The notes under the pieces: model-generated | What the model saw: only the letters and a program-made list of their open reading frames with translations | What the model was told of the DNA's origin: nothing | Database searches by the model: none | Made by a program: the position numbers and the translations under genes | Assembly: GCA_964016885.1 (NCBI GenBank) | Contig: OZ024763.1 | Span: forward strand, 2,232,001 to 2,296,000 | Length of the DNA stretch: 64,000 nucleotides | DNA from: Eledone cirrhosa | Lineage: Eukaryota | Direction of reading: 5' to 3' | In this document: positions 1 to 13,832 of the stretch, in pieces | Layout of the letters: each line of letters begins with the position of its first letter | Numbering within the stretch: position 1 is the stretch's first letter

Positions 1-100
1 ATATATCATCATCATCATCATCGTTTAACGTCTATCTTCCATGCTAGCATATATATTTATTGATATATATATATTTATTGATATATATATATATATATAT

Positions 101-348
101 GTAGAGGTTATATTTAATTTGTTGGGATACAACAAGCAAAATATTTTTATAACTAATATAAAACACTCAAGAATTCCAACCAGAATGGTTGCATTTTTTA
201 AGGGTATGTCAATATTTATTTATAAAACTAACCTATATTATATTTTATCTGATGAAAGCGCACCATAGTTTGCCTTGGTGGCCCTTGAAATATGTATAAT
301 GAAATAAATATGGTTTTATAAATATAGTTTCCATTTGTTAATATATTG
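101..348 (+). mobile_element. Short hammerhead-bearing dispersed element (family A), probable Penelope-like pseudo-LTR
   Basis: Flanked by (TA)n. The same sequence recurs at about 26040-26400, 43265-43440 (-), 48973-49100 and 50720-50940, and it contains a hammerhead motif. Confidence 0.65.
241..306 (+). ncRNA. Type I hammerhead ribozyme motif (family A)
   Basis: TATTTTAT-CTGATGA-[AAG..CACCA..TGGTG..CTT]-GAA-ATATGTAT-A-ATGAAATA; 8-bp stem I with one G.U. Confidence 0.75.
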
Positions 349-589
349 TATATATATATATATCATCATCATCATCGTTTAACGTCTATCTTCCATGCTA
401 GCATATATATTTATTGATATATATATGTATATATATATATATATTAAAGATTTAAACAAGATTCAATGAGTATATCAAAGAATGAGTTTTACAGTAGATT
501 GGAAGCACTCTACAACAAAAATAATTTTCCAGAGTTATTAATATTAAAATACAAATATTAATAAAATAGATGTTCTTGTGATCAATTAA

Positions 590-642
590 ATTTTATTATA
601 CATATTTCAGAGGTACAACAGTACGTCCTCATCAGACAAAAT
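590..642 (-). ncRNA. Type I hammerhead ribozyme motif
   Basis: Minus strand reads ATTTTGT-CTGATGA-GGACGTACTGTTGTACCTCT-GAA-ATATGTAT-A-ATAAAAT. Confidence 0.7.
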
Positions 643-700
643 ATAATGATACATGACATACCCTGAGATGTTAAATGGTTAAGATGTCATGTATCATTTT

Positions 701-753
701 ATTTTATCTGATGAGAACGTACTGTTGTACCTCTGAAATATGTATAATAAAAT
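701..753 (+). ncRNA. Type I hammerhead ribozyme motif (inverted partner of 590-642)
   Basis: ATTTTAT-CTGATGA-GAACGTACTGTTGTACCTCT-GAA-ATATGTAT-A-ATAAAAT; base of stem II weakened by a mismatch. Confidence 0.65.
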
Positions 754-793
754 TTAATTGATCACAAGAACATCTATTTTATTAATATTTGTA

Positions 794-1300
<507 letters not shown>

Positions 1301-1399
1301 ATATATATATATATGTGTGTGTGTGTGTATACAGACACACTCACACATACACATGAAATGGTTAGTAGTGCTAATGTACTTGAGATATCTAGCCTTTTC

Positions 1400-1668
1400 A
1401 TTGTCATCATAACTATAGTCATCATGATCATCATAACCATCATAACCACCATCAGCATAACCATCACAATCATCATCACCACCATCATCATCATCATAAT
1501 CAACACTATCACCATCATCATAACCACCACCACCATCATCACCCTCATCATAACTACCATCATCATCATAACCATCATCATCACTATCATCACCATCATC
1601 ACCATCATCACAACCATCACCATCACAATCATCATCACCATCATCATCATCACCATCATCATCACCAT
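1400..1668. repeat. Degenerate (ATC/ACC)n microsatellite
   Basis: Direct inspection. Confidence 0.9.
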
Positions 1669-1944
1669 TTATGTCCTCTTCTCCACGCTGGTATGAGTTT
1701 GATGAGCTATTTCTTTTATCTGGTGTTCAATGACTGATTGACCCCCCCCCCCCCCCTCCCCCACACACACACACATGCGCTCCCCCACCACACTCCACAT
1801 CACCTCACCCCACCACCCCACACCACACGCTGACATTAACCAATATTTTTTTATTTTCAAGTGCACTAGTACTTAATCCATTGATCTTTGCCAATTGAAC
1901 TGCGAAAGCTGTCAGATATATTGTTTATGAGGGAACTCTGATCG

Positions 1945-2180
1945 GCCGTGTACCAGGCAAAAGCACAACAGATGCTCTCTTCCTGGTGAAACATCTACAG
2001 GAGAAGTACCTTGCTTAAAATAAGCCCCCGCTACTTGACATTTGTTGATCTGGAAAAATCTTTTAACAGAGTGCCATAATCTGGTGGGCTCTTAGGAAAC
2101 TAGGAGTAGTTGAGTTGTTTGTGAAAGCTATACAAGCCATGTATAGGGGAGCAGTAAGCAAAGTTAGGATGAACAACTAT
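1945..2180 (+). pseudogene. RTE-clade LINE reverse transcriptase fragment, degraded
   Basis: Translates with stops and frameshifts to VPGKSTTDALFLVKHLQEKY..FVDLEKSFNRVP..IWWALRKLGV..KAIQAMY. Confidence 0.8.
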
Positions 2181-3867
2181 AGTCAGGGCCTCCAAGAGAA
2201 ATTTTGCAAGGCAGTACAAGACCCCTTTTGGGGTTCAAAGCAGGTTAAGATTTTTACCAAAATGGATGTTGCATGGTTGCTGTGAGCGCCTTCTTAGCTC
2301 TTGGTCCCCGGAACAAAGTACCGGCTGGACCCTCCCTCAGGCTCTGACTATAGCGAGGTGATGGTAGGGTTATATCCGTAGTAGTAGAGCACTCAGTCCA
2401 TGGGGAGAGTTTCGTAGAAGTAGTTCCACAACTGTTGTGGAACTACTTCTATGTACATCCCAGCTTTTCAAGTTACCTTCCCCATTATACTTATTGTCCC
2501 TTATCCTTCTAATACCAAGAATAAGTCTGAACAAGGTTTTAATTTAAGAGAAAATTATATAAGAGATAAAAAATTTTTATCTGAGAAATGACTTTCCAGG
2601 CAAAAACTTCAAACTTTCACGGTTGATGAGGGTTGCCTTGCAGTTGTCTGTTTGAGCTAAAATGTTGCACAAATTGGCGTTTTGTTAATTGGAACTAGAT
2701 AGGGCGCTAGATAGGGAGCTAAACTTTTAGAAAGTTGAAAAATAAGGGCCACCCTAATATATATATATATATATATATATACAAATAAAGATTCAGCGAG
2801 AATCGCATTTCGGCAGGCAGGAGAAGCGAAGCGAAACGCAAAAATCAGAAATGATACTGGCAAAGTGCTCAATAGTTAAAAACCAGAGCTAAACAATGTG
2901 TTAAGAAGCCATACAAAACTGAAAAGGTGGTCAAGAAGGCATTAACCACCCAAGCCAAAAACAAAATCAAGCTAAATATATATATATATACTTTATTTTA
3001 TTCTGAGTTAAGACTCTTTTGGTTTTTTCCCTGGATTTCACAAAATCTGTGGATAAAATTTCTGTCTTGACTTTTTTTTTTAATTGAGTTTGAATTATTT
3101 TCCCATATCTTACGTTAAATATTTTCCATTTTGATGTAATAGTCACTTATATATTATGAAATACTGTTGGCTTCTTGCTCACATTAATTTCTCTATTTTC
3201 ATTTATATATATATTTTAAAAAAAAGCCTTCGTGAGCCCCTTTTTTTTAAGTAAAAAGAAATTCAAACACTCATATATGAAAAAACAACCTGTACCCCCC
3301 CCCCCCCTGTTTGAAGAACTTTGTAACGCGAACTGGCGCAAAATTTATTATACTTATTGACCAACCAATCAAATTACTTCTCTAAAAACCTGGCGTTTCG
3401 AGCCACTTTTTTCCATATAAAACAAGTAACATTCAGAGACCAACGAGATGTGAGAAAAACCACAGACCCTCCATATCAACTCTACTTTTGAAAAGCAGAA
3501 GAACTGCGAAACCGGTAAAGGAACCAAATAAATATATATATATTTTTTTTAAATAAGACTCCTGTTGCATTTTCGATTTCATCTCGTTTTCTTTATACTT
3601 TCACTCGTGTAGGACACCTCGGTTATTTTTCATTTTGTAAAAAAAAACCTCATTTTCTAATATATATATATATATAATTCAAGAAAGAAGAGTGACATGG
3701 TTGGCTATACAATAAGGGCTAAGTGGATTACCTATTACGATAACTTGTTATCCCGTATGTATATATATATACATATATTTCCAAAGGATGGCAACAAGAA
3801 ATTTGTTTCTGTTACCGCACTGCTTGTCTCCTCAATCTTTCTATTTCTTCTTTAATTTCTCCTTCTT

Positions 3868-3903
3868 TCTTCTGATGAAGGACTAGCGTCTGAAACGTTA
3901 AGA
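3868..3903 (+). ncRNA. Minimal type I hammerhead motif with palindromic ACGU stem III
   Basis: TCTT-CTGATGA-A-GGAC(TAGC)GTCT-GAA-ACGT-T-AAGA. Confidence 0.7.
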
Positions 3904-4137
3904 TTTTCTTCCTGCTATTTCAAGCGTTAATCTAATATATTCCTTCCATGTACTGTGCCAGTTTTGTTATTTCTGTTTACCTCTCACATATATATATATA
4001 TACATACATACATACATATATATGTTTGAATATGTGTAATAAAGCCAAAACAATGCAGATATGGACATAGAAAAAAGAATGCAATTGTAAAAGATGTTGT
4101 TGATAATTCGTCCTTTACCTTGAATTTATTAAAATGT

Positions 4138-4172
4138 CCTTAATTTTCGAGATAATATCTCTTCTTCGGAGG
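4138..4172 (-). ncRNA. Degenerate minimal hammerhead motif (U4 to C)
   Basis: Minus strand reads CCT-CCGAAGA-A-GAGAT(ATT)ATCTC-GAA-AATT-A-AGG. Confidence 0.45.
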
Positions 4173-4352
4173 GAAATAAAGGTCTCAAACCAGCACTTTA
4201 AATATCTAGCCAAGCCATGCTGACAGGAAATAGTATAGAGTATCTGTTCTACAGATATATACATATATATATATATATATATGTCGTCAAGTATGAAATT
4301 TGTGGAAAATTTTTTTCTCTACAAATATCTACAAATTTCATACTTGACGACC

Positions 4353-4456
<104 letters not shown>

Positions 4457-4974
4457 ATATATATATATAAATACACACACACATCTGTACACACAGTCAT
4501 ATTCACCTCCACATACCACACCACCTACATACACAGAAGCTTGCGCTATGTGGTTGTTACAAAAAAATTGTTGTTATTTCAAAACATAACCAAAATACAT
4601 TAATACGTCATCCATATATACACATACATATATATATATATACACACACATATATACACATACATATATACACATACATATATATATACACACACATATA
4701 TACACACACATATATACACATACATATATATATACACACACATATATACACATACATATATACACATACATATATACACATACATATATATATACACACA
4801 CATATATACACACACATATATACACATACATATATACACACACATATATACACATACATATATACGCATACATATATACGCATACATATATACACATACA
4901 TATATACCTACATATGGTGGCTGCCAACTCGTTTTCGAGTACGGCCACTACTTTATATCCATGTAGGAGAACCC

Positions 4975-5325
4975 CTACCGATGCGCTGAACGAATGTGAC
5001 TTTTTAGTCCAGCCAGCGACTTGAAAACTCTGGTACAAAGACTACACTTGTGACCATTATTGACACATAGTGCAGGGCCCATGGTACCATGTGATGACAA
5101 GTGCAGAGAGATCTCCAGATATAAAGCAATGCCTGTGCTGTGAAGCTTTTATAGTGAGCAAAGGCACTGCACAAAGCCAGTCCCACTCTCTTAACCAAGA
5201 TGATATTTACCAAAAAGAAGAACAAGTCAACATCATTGGATACCATCAGGGTTGCAGGTGTTATATCAGAGTTTTCCTTCTCCTAGAATTCTGCCTTGAC
5301 AAAGGCTAAGGGGTCATCTCTCCCG
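4975..5325 (-). mobile_element. Probable RTE 5' region remnant
   Basis: Minus strand carries TCTAGGAGAAGGAAAACTCTGATATAACACCT, resembling the RTE 5' UTR motif as I recall it. Confidence 0.4.
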
Positions 5326-5329
5326 GATA

Positions 5330-5794
5330 CCTACATATAGACACATATATACATACATATATACGCATACATATATACATACACATACATACACCATATT
5401 TACTACATTACATACCTACATACATATATACACATACATACATACCTACATACATACATATATACACATTCATACATACCTATATACATATGTATACATA
5501 CATACCTATATACATATGTATACATACATACATACCTATATACATATGTATACATACACCATACATATATATATATATATATATACAGATTTTCAACATA
5601 GATATTCACACACACACACACATATATATATAGACACACACACACATATAAATATATGCACACACACACATATATATATATAGACACACACACAAACACA
5701 AACACATACATATACACACACAGTTTGAACATAGATTTTCACAAACACATACACACACAAACATATGTATATACACATTTTCAACATATATATT

Positions 5795-5825
<31 letters not shown>

Positions 5826-5839
5826 GCACGCACACAAAC

Positions 5840-5889
<50 letters not shown>

Positions 5890-5906
5890 TTTGAACATAG
5901 GTATTC

Positions 5907-5937
<31 letters not shown>

Positions 5938-6665
5938 TACCTACACACACATAAACACACACACACATATCTACATATACACAATACTTATACATACACA
6001 CACAAACACACATCTACACATACACAACACTTATATATACACACACAAACACATACCTACACATATACACAAACACACACATACCTACACATACACAAAC
6101 ACACACAAACACATGCCTACACATATACACAAACACACACAAACACATACCCTCACACATACATAGCTACACATACACAAACACACACCTACTCATACAC
6201 AAACACACACCTACACACACACACATACCTACACATACACAACACTTATATATACACACACAAACACATACCTACACATATACACACACAAACACATACC
6301 TACACATACACAACACTTATATATACACACACAAACACATACCTACACATATACACAAACACACACAAACACATACCCTCACACACACATACCTACACAT
6401 ACACAAACACACACAAACACACACCTACACATACACAAACACACACCTACACACACACACATACCTACACATACACAAACACACACAAACGCATACCTAC
6501 ACATACACAAACACACACATACCTACACATACACAAACACACACAAACACATACCTACACATATACACAAACACACACAAACACATACCCTCACACACAC
6601 ATACCTACACATACACAAACACACACAAACACACACAAACACACACCTACACATACACACATACA
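5330..6665. repeat. Compound (CA/TA)n low-complexity tract
   Basis: Direct inspection. Confidence 0.95.
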
Positions 6666-7232
6666 TTGAAAACATATTTGAAAAGTAATTATTGAAATTC
6701 CAATTTTTATTCACAAAAGAATGGCAGGGTATGGGGTGGGGGTATGGTTGGGTGGGGGTTAGGAGTGGGGTGGGCTAGGTGGGGGTTTGGCATGTGGGGC
6801 TTGGTTGGGGGTTAAGATACGGTATAGTAAAAGCAATAGAAGATATTGACATGTGTATAAATGCGTTGTATATAATCATACATAATATACATCATCTCAT
6901 CACGTATATATATATTTATGTATACAACACACACACATATATGTATATATATATATATATATATGCACGCACACACACATATACACATATATATATACTG
7001 ATACATAAAACCATATGTACGTACATAACCAGTTACATATATATGCATGTATACTCATACATACATGCACATATATATATATATATTTACACATTGACAG
7101 AAATACACAATATACATAAACATATAACCCATTATATATATATATATTTATATATATATATATATATATATTCATTGTAAGGTATAGATCAACTCATAGG
7201 ACAAGTTTTAATATAATTATTAAGATCAGTTA

Positions 7233-7270
<38 letters not shown>

Positions 7271-7324
7271 TAAAAAAATAATGAATAAAACAATAATCTA
7301 CCGTAAGCTCTTGGTAGATTTATC

Positions 7325-7361
<37 letters not shown>

Positions 7362-7419
7362 ATATATATATACATACATATATATATATGCATATGTAGC
7401 ATGTGTATTTCATTAATTC

Positions 7420-7751
7420 ATTCATTTCATTTTACGTCCGCTTTTCCCTGCTTGCAAGGGTGGGATGGGAACTGATGCTGGCTTAATTTCTACAGCTGGA
7501 TGCCCTTCCTAACACCAACCTCATTTACAGTGAGTGCTGGGTGCTTTTTTTGCTGTGGCACCTCCACGACCACTTTGCAGTGGAATTATAGGGACCCCAA
7601 TCCCTATCATCTCATTTCTACAGCTGAGTAAACTGGAGCAATGTGAAATAAAGGGTCTTGCTCAAGGAAACAACACATCACCTGGTCTGAGAATTGAACT
7701 CACAACCTTTCGATTGCAAGGCCAATGTTCTAACCACTAAGCCATGTGCCT

Positions 7752-7754
<3 letters not shown>
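7420..7754 (-). mobile_element. SINE family 1 copy
   Basis: Reverse complement of 943-1300. Confidence 0.9.
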
Positions 7755-7832
<78 letters not shown>

Positions 7833-7924
7833 TACATTTACACATTCACACACAAGCTTATAACAAGCCACATAGATACACATTCACATACATCAAATGT
7901 ATATACTTGTATATATATATATAT

Positions 7925-7956
<32 letters not shown>

Positions 7957-8374
7957 ACGTCTGCTCTTCCCTGCTTGTATGTTGTTATACTTGGGGAGGG
8001 TCATATTGTTGTAATATTGCCAGAAATAATAACAGAACACACTCACTGTTTGGTTGGTTTTCGCTTCTGTGTCTTTTATATCTCCATAGTTAATTTATTT
8101 GGCAATCAATGTTTATCATTGATTGACCAATGGTTAAAAATACAGATATAAATATGGTAATAAGAATATTTATATTTATATATGTTTAATATAACTATAA
8201 ATATGGAGCGTAGTACCAAATATAGTCTATCAAAGTTCTTTCGTTGCACATCTGCAACATCAACAGTGGTACTATTATGTTTCCTCCCGTTGTATTGTAA
8301 TGCCTATGCCATTTTTATTTAATTTATTATATATATGTATTTTTATTTAAATGGAAATATTTATAAAATCTGCC

Positions 8375-8835
8375 CTGAGTTTCCCTGCCCTGGCCTTCCT
8401 CCCTCAACTGCAACTTCCTTTCACTGAGATCTCTTGGCAATTCTTCACCCAACCATCAACATCCATACATGTCTGTACCAGTGCAGTCCTCTTTCTCTCT
8501 TGCAAAGTACATTTGACTCCTCTTATACCCAGCTTTTCTCTCAGCTTATCCATGCTTTGTTGTTCATGCACATCATCATTGCATATCCATTGGAGCATGC
8601 TCACTTCATTTCTCTCCCTCCAGCCTTCACATATTTCACACATCCTCACCATTTAGTGTCCTTGTCTCACTGCCATATATATTTTGTCATTCACACACAC
8701 ATTAACACTACACATCCATCGCAGCACGCTCACCTCATATTTCTCCATCCAGCCTTCACATAGCCTCACCATTTACTTATCTTGCCTCACTGCCATGCAA
8801 CATTGCACATTGCACTCTAGCACCATACAGTCAGC
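8375..8835 (-). pseudogene. Degraded RTE ORF2 C-terminal fragment with internal duplication
   Basis: ERNEVSMLQWICN..KLREKLGIRGVKCTLQER, homologous to the 44224-45192 protein. Confidence 0.8.
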
Positions 8836-10268
8836 CTTCTTCTTCTTCTTCTTCTTCTTCTTCTTCTTCTTCTTCTTCTTCTTCTTCTTTTTTTTCTTCT
8901 TCTCCTTCTTCTTCTTCTATTTCTTCTTCTTCTTCTTCTATTTCTTCTTCTTCTTCTATTTCTTCTTCTTCTTCTATTTCTTCTTCTTCTTCTTCTATTT
9001 CTTCTTCTTCTTCTATTTCTTCTCCTTCTTCTTCTTCTTCTTCTTCTTCTTCTTCTTCTATTTCTTCTTCTTCTTCTTCTTCTTCTTCTTCTTCTTCTTC
9101 TTCTTCTTCTATTTCTTCTTCTTCTTCTATTTCTTCTTCTTCTTCTATTTCTTCTTCTTCTTCTATTTCTTCTCCTTCTTCTTTGCCTTCTTCTTCTTCT
9201 ATTTCTTCTTCTATTTCTTCTTCTTCTATTTCTTCTTCTTCTTCTTCTATTTCTTCTCCTTCTTCTTCTTTGCCTTCTTCTTCTTCTTCTATTTCTTCTT
9301 CTTCTTCTTCTTCTTCTTCTTCTTCTTCTTCTTCTTCTATTTCTTCTTCTTCTTCTTCTTCTTCTTCTTCTTCTTCTTCTTCTTCTTCTTCTTCTATTTC
9401 TTCTTCTTCTTCTTCTATTTCTTCTTCTTCTTCTTCTATTTCTTCTTCTTCTTCTATTTCTTCTTCTTCTTCTTCTTCTTCTTCTTCTTCTTCTTCTTCT
9501 ATTTCTTCTTCTTCTTCTTCTTCTTCTATTTCTTCTTCTTCTTCTATTTCTTCTTCTTCTATTTCTTCTTCTTCTTCTATTTCTTCTCCTTCTTCTTTGC
9601 CTTCTTCTTCTTCTTCTATTTCTTCTTCTATTTCTTCTTCTTCTATTTCTTCTTCTTCTTCTTCTTCTTCTATTTCTTCTCCTTCTTCTTCTTTGCCTTC
9701 TTCTTCTTCTATTTCTTCGTCTTCTTCTTCTTCTTCTTCTTCTTCTTCTTCTTCTTCTTCTATTTCTTCTTCTTCTTCTTCTTCTTCTTCTTCTATTTCT
9801 TCTTCTTCTTCTTCTTCTATTTCTTCTTCTTCTTCTTCTTCTTCTATTTCTTCTTCTTCTTCTTCTTCTTCTTCTTCTTCTATTTCTTCTTCTTCTTCTA
9901 TTTCTTCTTCTTCTTCTTCTTCTATTTCTTCTTCTTCTTCTTCTTCTTCTTCTTCTTCTTCTATTTCTTCTTCTTCTTCTTCTTCTTCTTCTTCTATTTC
10001 TTCTTCTTCTTCTATTTCTTCTTCTTCTTCTATTTCTTCTTCTATTTCTTCTCCTTCTTTGCCTTCTTCTTCTTCTTCTTCTTCTATTTCTTCTTCTATT
10101 TCTTCTTCTTCTATTTCTTCTTCTTCTTCTTCTATTTCTTCTCCTTCTTCTTCTTTGCCTTCTTCTTCTTCTATTTCTTCTTCTTCTTCTTCTTCTTCTT
10201 CTTCTTCTTCTTCTTCTTCTTCTTCTTCTTCTTCTATTTCTTCTTCTTGCCTTCTTCTTCTTCTTCTT
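8836..10268. repeat. About 1.4-kb interrupted (TTC)n/(GAA)n tract
   Basis: TTC runs punctuated by TAT, TCC and TTTGCC. Confidence 0.98.
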
Positions 10269-10402
10269 GTGAGACCAGCCAAGCCCATGGATGTTATCCC
10301 ACTATCTTTGCCCAGGGTCTACCCCTGGCTCTCTTGTCAGTTGGTTTTTACCTCTCAAGTCTGTCCACTGTTCCTTCCCTCAGACATTCTCGCCACATGT
10401 CC
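10269..10402 (-). pseudogene. RTE-type LINE 3' end leading into the (GAA)n tract
   Basis: Minus strand gives GHVARMSEGR..KRARGRP..WDNI (frameshifted), followed closely by GAAGAA. Confidence 0.6.
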
Positions 10403-10745
10403 ACAGATATCTGAGCTGTCATCTCTCAGCCAGCCTAAAAAATAAAAAATAAATAAAAGCAAAACAAAACACTCACACATACCACCAACATTAACACAGG
10501 ATGGTCACAGGTGGAATGTCTTTCATTACAAGGATCTCTTCAATCAAAGCTGATCTCGGTTTCTAAACAACAACAACAACAACAACAATACATTTTCCCC
10601 CAATAGGTTTTTAAGCATATCTACATCTTCCCCTCCTCCACCCCACCCCCACCCCCTGCATCCCCTCCCCCTTCCCCCTGTTTGTTTTAATAATATATTC
10701 TCAACACTGTCTACCTTTCCTCCCCCCCCTCTTCTTCATAAGCCC

Positions 10746-11390
10746 TCCACCACCACCACCACCACTACTACTACTACAACTACTACCACTATCATCACTA
10801 TCACCACCACCATTACCACTACTACCACTACCACGATCACTACCACCACCACCACTACCACCACTGCCACTACCATCACCACTACCACCACCACCACCAC
10901 TACCATCACCACTACCATCACCACTACCACCACCACCACCACCATCACTACCACCACCATCACTACCACCACCATCACTACCACCACCACCACTACCACC
11001 ACCACCACTACCACCACCACCACTACCATCACCACTACCACCACCACCACTACCATCACCACTACCACCACGATCACTACCATCACCACTACCACCACCA
11101 CTACCACCACCACCACCATCACTACCATCACCACTACCACCACGATCACTACCATCACCACTACTACCACTACCATCACCACTACTACCACCACTACCAC
11201 TACCATCACCACCACCACTACCACCACCACTACCACCATCACCACTACCACCACCACTACCACTACCATCACTACCACCATCACTACCACCACCACTACC
11301 ACCACCACGATCACTACCAACACCACTACTACCACCACCACTACCACCACCATCACTACCATCACCACTACCACCATCCCCTCCACCACC
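10746..11390. repeat. Degenerate (ACC/ACT)n tract
   Basis: Direct inspection. Confidence 0.95.
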
Positions 11391-11909
11391 CCCCTGTCAT
11401 CTATGTTCTACTTCTTATGAACACACCCCTCCTCACCCCCACACTCCTCTTTCCTTTCTTTTAGCAGACAAAAGATTGTATTTTACCTTGAAGGTGGTGG
11501 TGGTGGTGGTGGTGAAGATGGTGGAGGTAGTGGTAGGGGGGGGGTATTGATAGGTAGTGGTAGGGTGGGAGGTATTGGTGATGGTGGGGATGTCGATGAT
11601 GGTAGTGGTAGTGATGTTACTGAAGGTGGTGGTGGTGGTGGAGGTGTTGTTACTGATGATGATGATGGTGGTGCTGCTAGAGGAGGATGTTGATGGTGGG
11701 GAAGGCAGCATTGCAGATTACACACCACACACTGCGGGCCTCCTAACAAACCCCCCCCACCCCACCACCACCACCACAACCCCCCCCCCCTACATATATC
11801 TCTATCTTTTATTTTAATGACTCTCAAAGACAATCTGTTGTTTAAACTTAAAGGAATTAGAATTCCACACTTGTTCATCACCGACTTGAGATGGGGGGGG
11901 GAGTGATGT

Positions 11910-13620
11910 GATGGTATGGTGGTGGTGGTGGTAGTAGTGTGGTGGTGGTGGTGGTGATATGGTAGTGATGGAGGTGGTGGTGGTGATATGGTAGTGATGG
12001 AGGTGGTGGTGGTGATATGGTAGTGATGGAGGTGGTGGTGATGATGGTATGGTAGTGATGGAGGAGGTGGTGGTATGGTAGTGATGGAGGTGGTGGTGGT
12101 GGTGGTATGGTAGTGATGGAGGTGGTGGTGGTGGTGGTATGGTAGTGATGGAGGAGGTGGTGGTATGGTAGTGATGGAGGTGGTGGTGGTGGTGGTATGG
12201 TAGTGATGGAGGTGGTGGTGGTGATATGGTAGTGATGGAGGTGGTGGTGGTGGTGATATGGTAGTGATGGAGGTGGTGGTGGTGGTGGTATGGTAGTGAT
12301 GGAGGTGGTGGTGGTGATATGGTAGTGATGGAGGAGGTGGTGGTGATATGGTAGTGATGGAGGAGGTGGTGGTATGGTAGTGATGGAGGAGGTGGTGATA
12401 TGGTAGTGATGGAGGTGGTGGTGGTGGTGGTATGGTAGTGATGGAGGTGGTGGTGGTGATATGGTAGTGATGGAGGTGGTGGTGGTGATATGGTAGTGAT
12501 GGAGGTGGTGGTGATGATGGTATGGTAGTGATGGAGGTGGTGGTGGTGGTGGTATGGTAGTGATGGAGGTGGTGGTGGTGATATGGTAGTGATGGAGGTG
12601 GTGGTGGTGGTGATATGGTAGTGATGGAGGTGGTGGTGGTGATATGGTAGTGATGGAGGTGGTGGTGGTGGTGGTATGGTAGTGATGGAGGTGGTGGTGG
12701 TGATATGGTAGTGATGGAGGTGGTGGTGATGATGGTATGGTAGTGATGGAGGAGGTGGTGGTATGGTAGTGATGGAGGTGGTGGTGGTGATATGGTAGTG
12801 ATGGAGGTGGTGGTGGTGGTGGTATGGTAGTGATGGAGGTGGTGGTGGTGGTGGTATGGTAGTGATGGAGGTGGTGGTGGTGGTGGTGGTATGGTAGTGA
12901 TGGAGGAGGTGGTGGTGATATGGTAGTGATGGAGGAGGTGGTGATATGGTAGTGATGGAGGTGGTGGTGGTGATATGGTAGTGATGGAGGTGGTGGTGGT
13001 GGTGGTGGTATGGTAGTGATGGAGGAGGTGGTGGTGATATGGTAGTGATGGAGGAGGTGGTGATATGGTAGTGATGGAGGTGGTGGTGGTGATATGGTAG
13101 TGATGGAGGTGGTGGTGGTGGTGGTATGGTAGTGATGGAGGTGGTGGTGGTGGTGGTGGTATGGTAGTGATGGAGGAGGTGGTGGTGATATGGTAGTGAT
13201 GGAGGAGGTGGTGATATGGTAGTGATGGAGGTGGTGGTGGTGATATGGTAGTGATGGAGGTGGTGGTGGTGGTGGTATGGTAGTGATGGAGGAGGTGGTG
13301 GTGATATGGTAGTGATGGAGGTGGTGGTGGTATGGTAGTGATGGAGGTGGTGATGATGGTGGTGGTATGGTAGTGATGGAGGAGGTGGTGGTATGGTAGT
13401 GATGGAGGTGGTGATGATGGTGGTGGTATGGTAGTGATGGAGGTGGTGGTGGTGGTATGGTAGTGATGGAGGAGGTGGTGGTGGTATGGTAGTGATGGAG
13501 GAGGTGGTGATATGGTAGTGATGGAGGTGGTGGTGGTGATATGGTAGTGATGGAGGTGGTGGTGGTGGTGGTATGGTAGTGATGGAGGTGGTGATGATGG
13601 TGGTGATGATGGTGGTGGTA
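11910..13620. repeat. Compound minisatellite: constant ATGGTAGTGATGGAG plus variable (GGT)n
   Basis: The 15-mer recurs every 24-36 bp. Confidence 0.95.
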
Positions 13621-13832
13621 GTGTTAATGTTTAATAAATGCTTGTGTTGCTTAAGATCACAGCCAGAGGCAACAACAATTATAATATTAAGGATGATTTC
13701 TTTATTGGCCACAAGGGCTGACATCAAGACAAACATTAGAGACGGCACAGGACGGTACGATGTGGGTTTTGTGCGTGTAGAGATTTTTTATTATTTATAT
13801 AAGAAACGAAAAAGAAAAAAAGACATAGAAAC

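Noticed and set aside
2560-2760. Possible DNA transposon end (TTAGGGTGGCCC on minus), and CAGGGTCATGCAAAAGTC at 25688
   Set aside because: No partner inverted end or transposase recognised.
8684-10445. Poly-F, poly-E and poly-S ORFs
   Set aside because: (TTC)n lacks stop codons; no coding evidence.
11910-13620. CRISPR-like repeat and spacer appearance (also 14435-15078)
   Set aside because: Spacers are simple triplet runs, not unique sequences; eukaryotic context and no cas genes.
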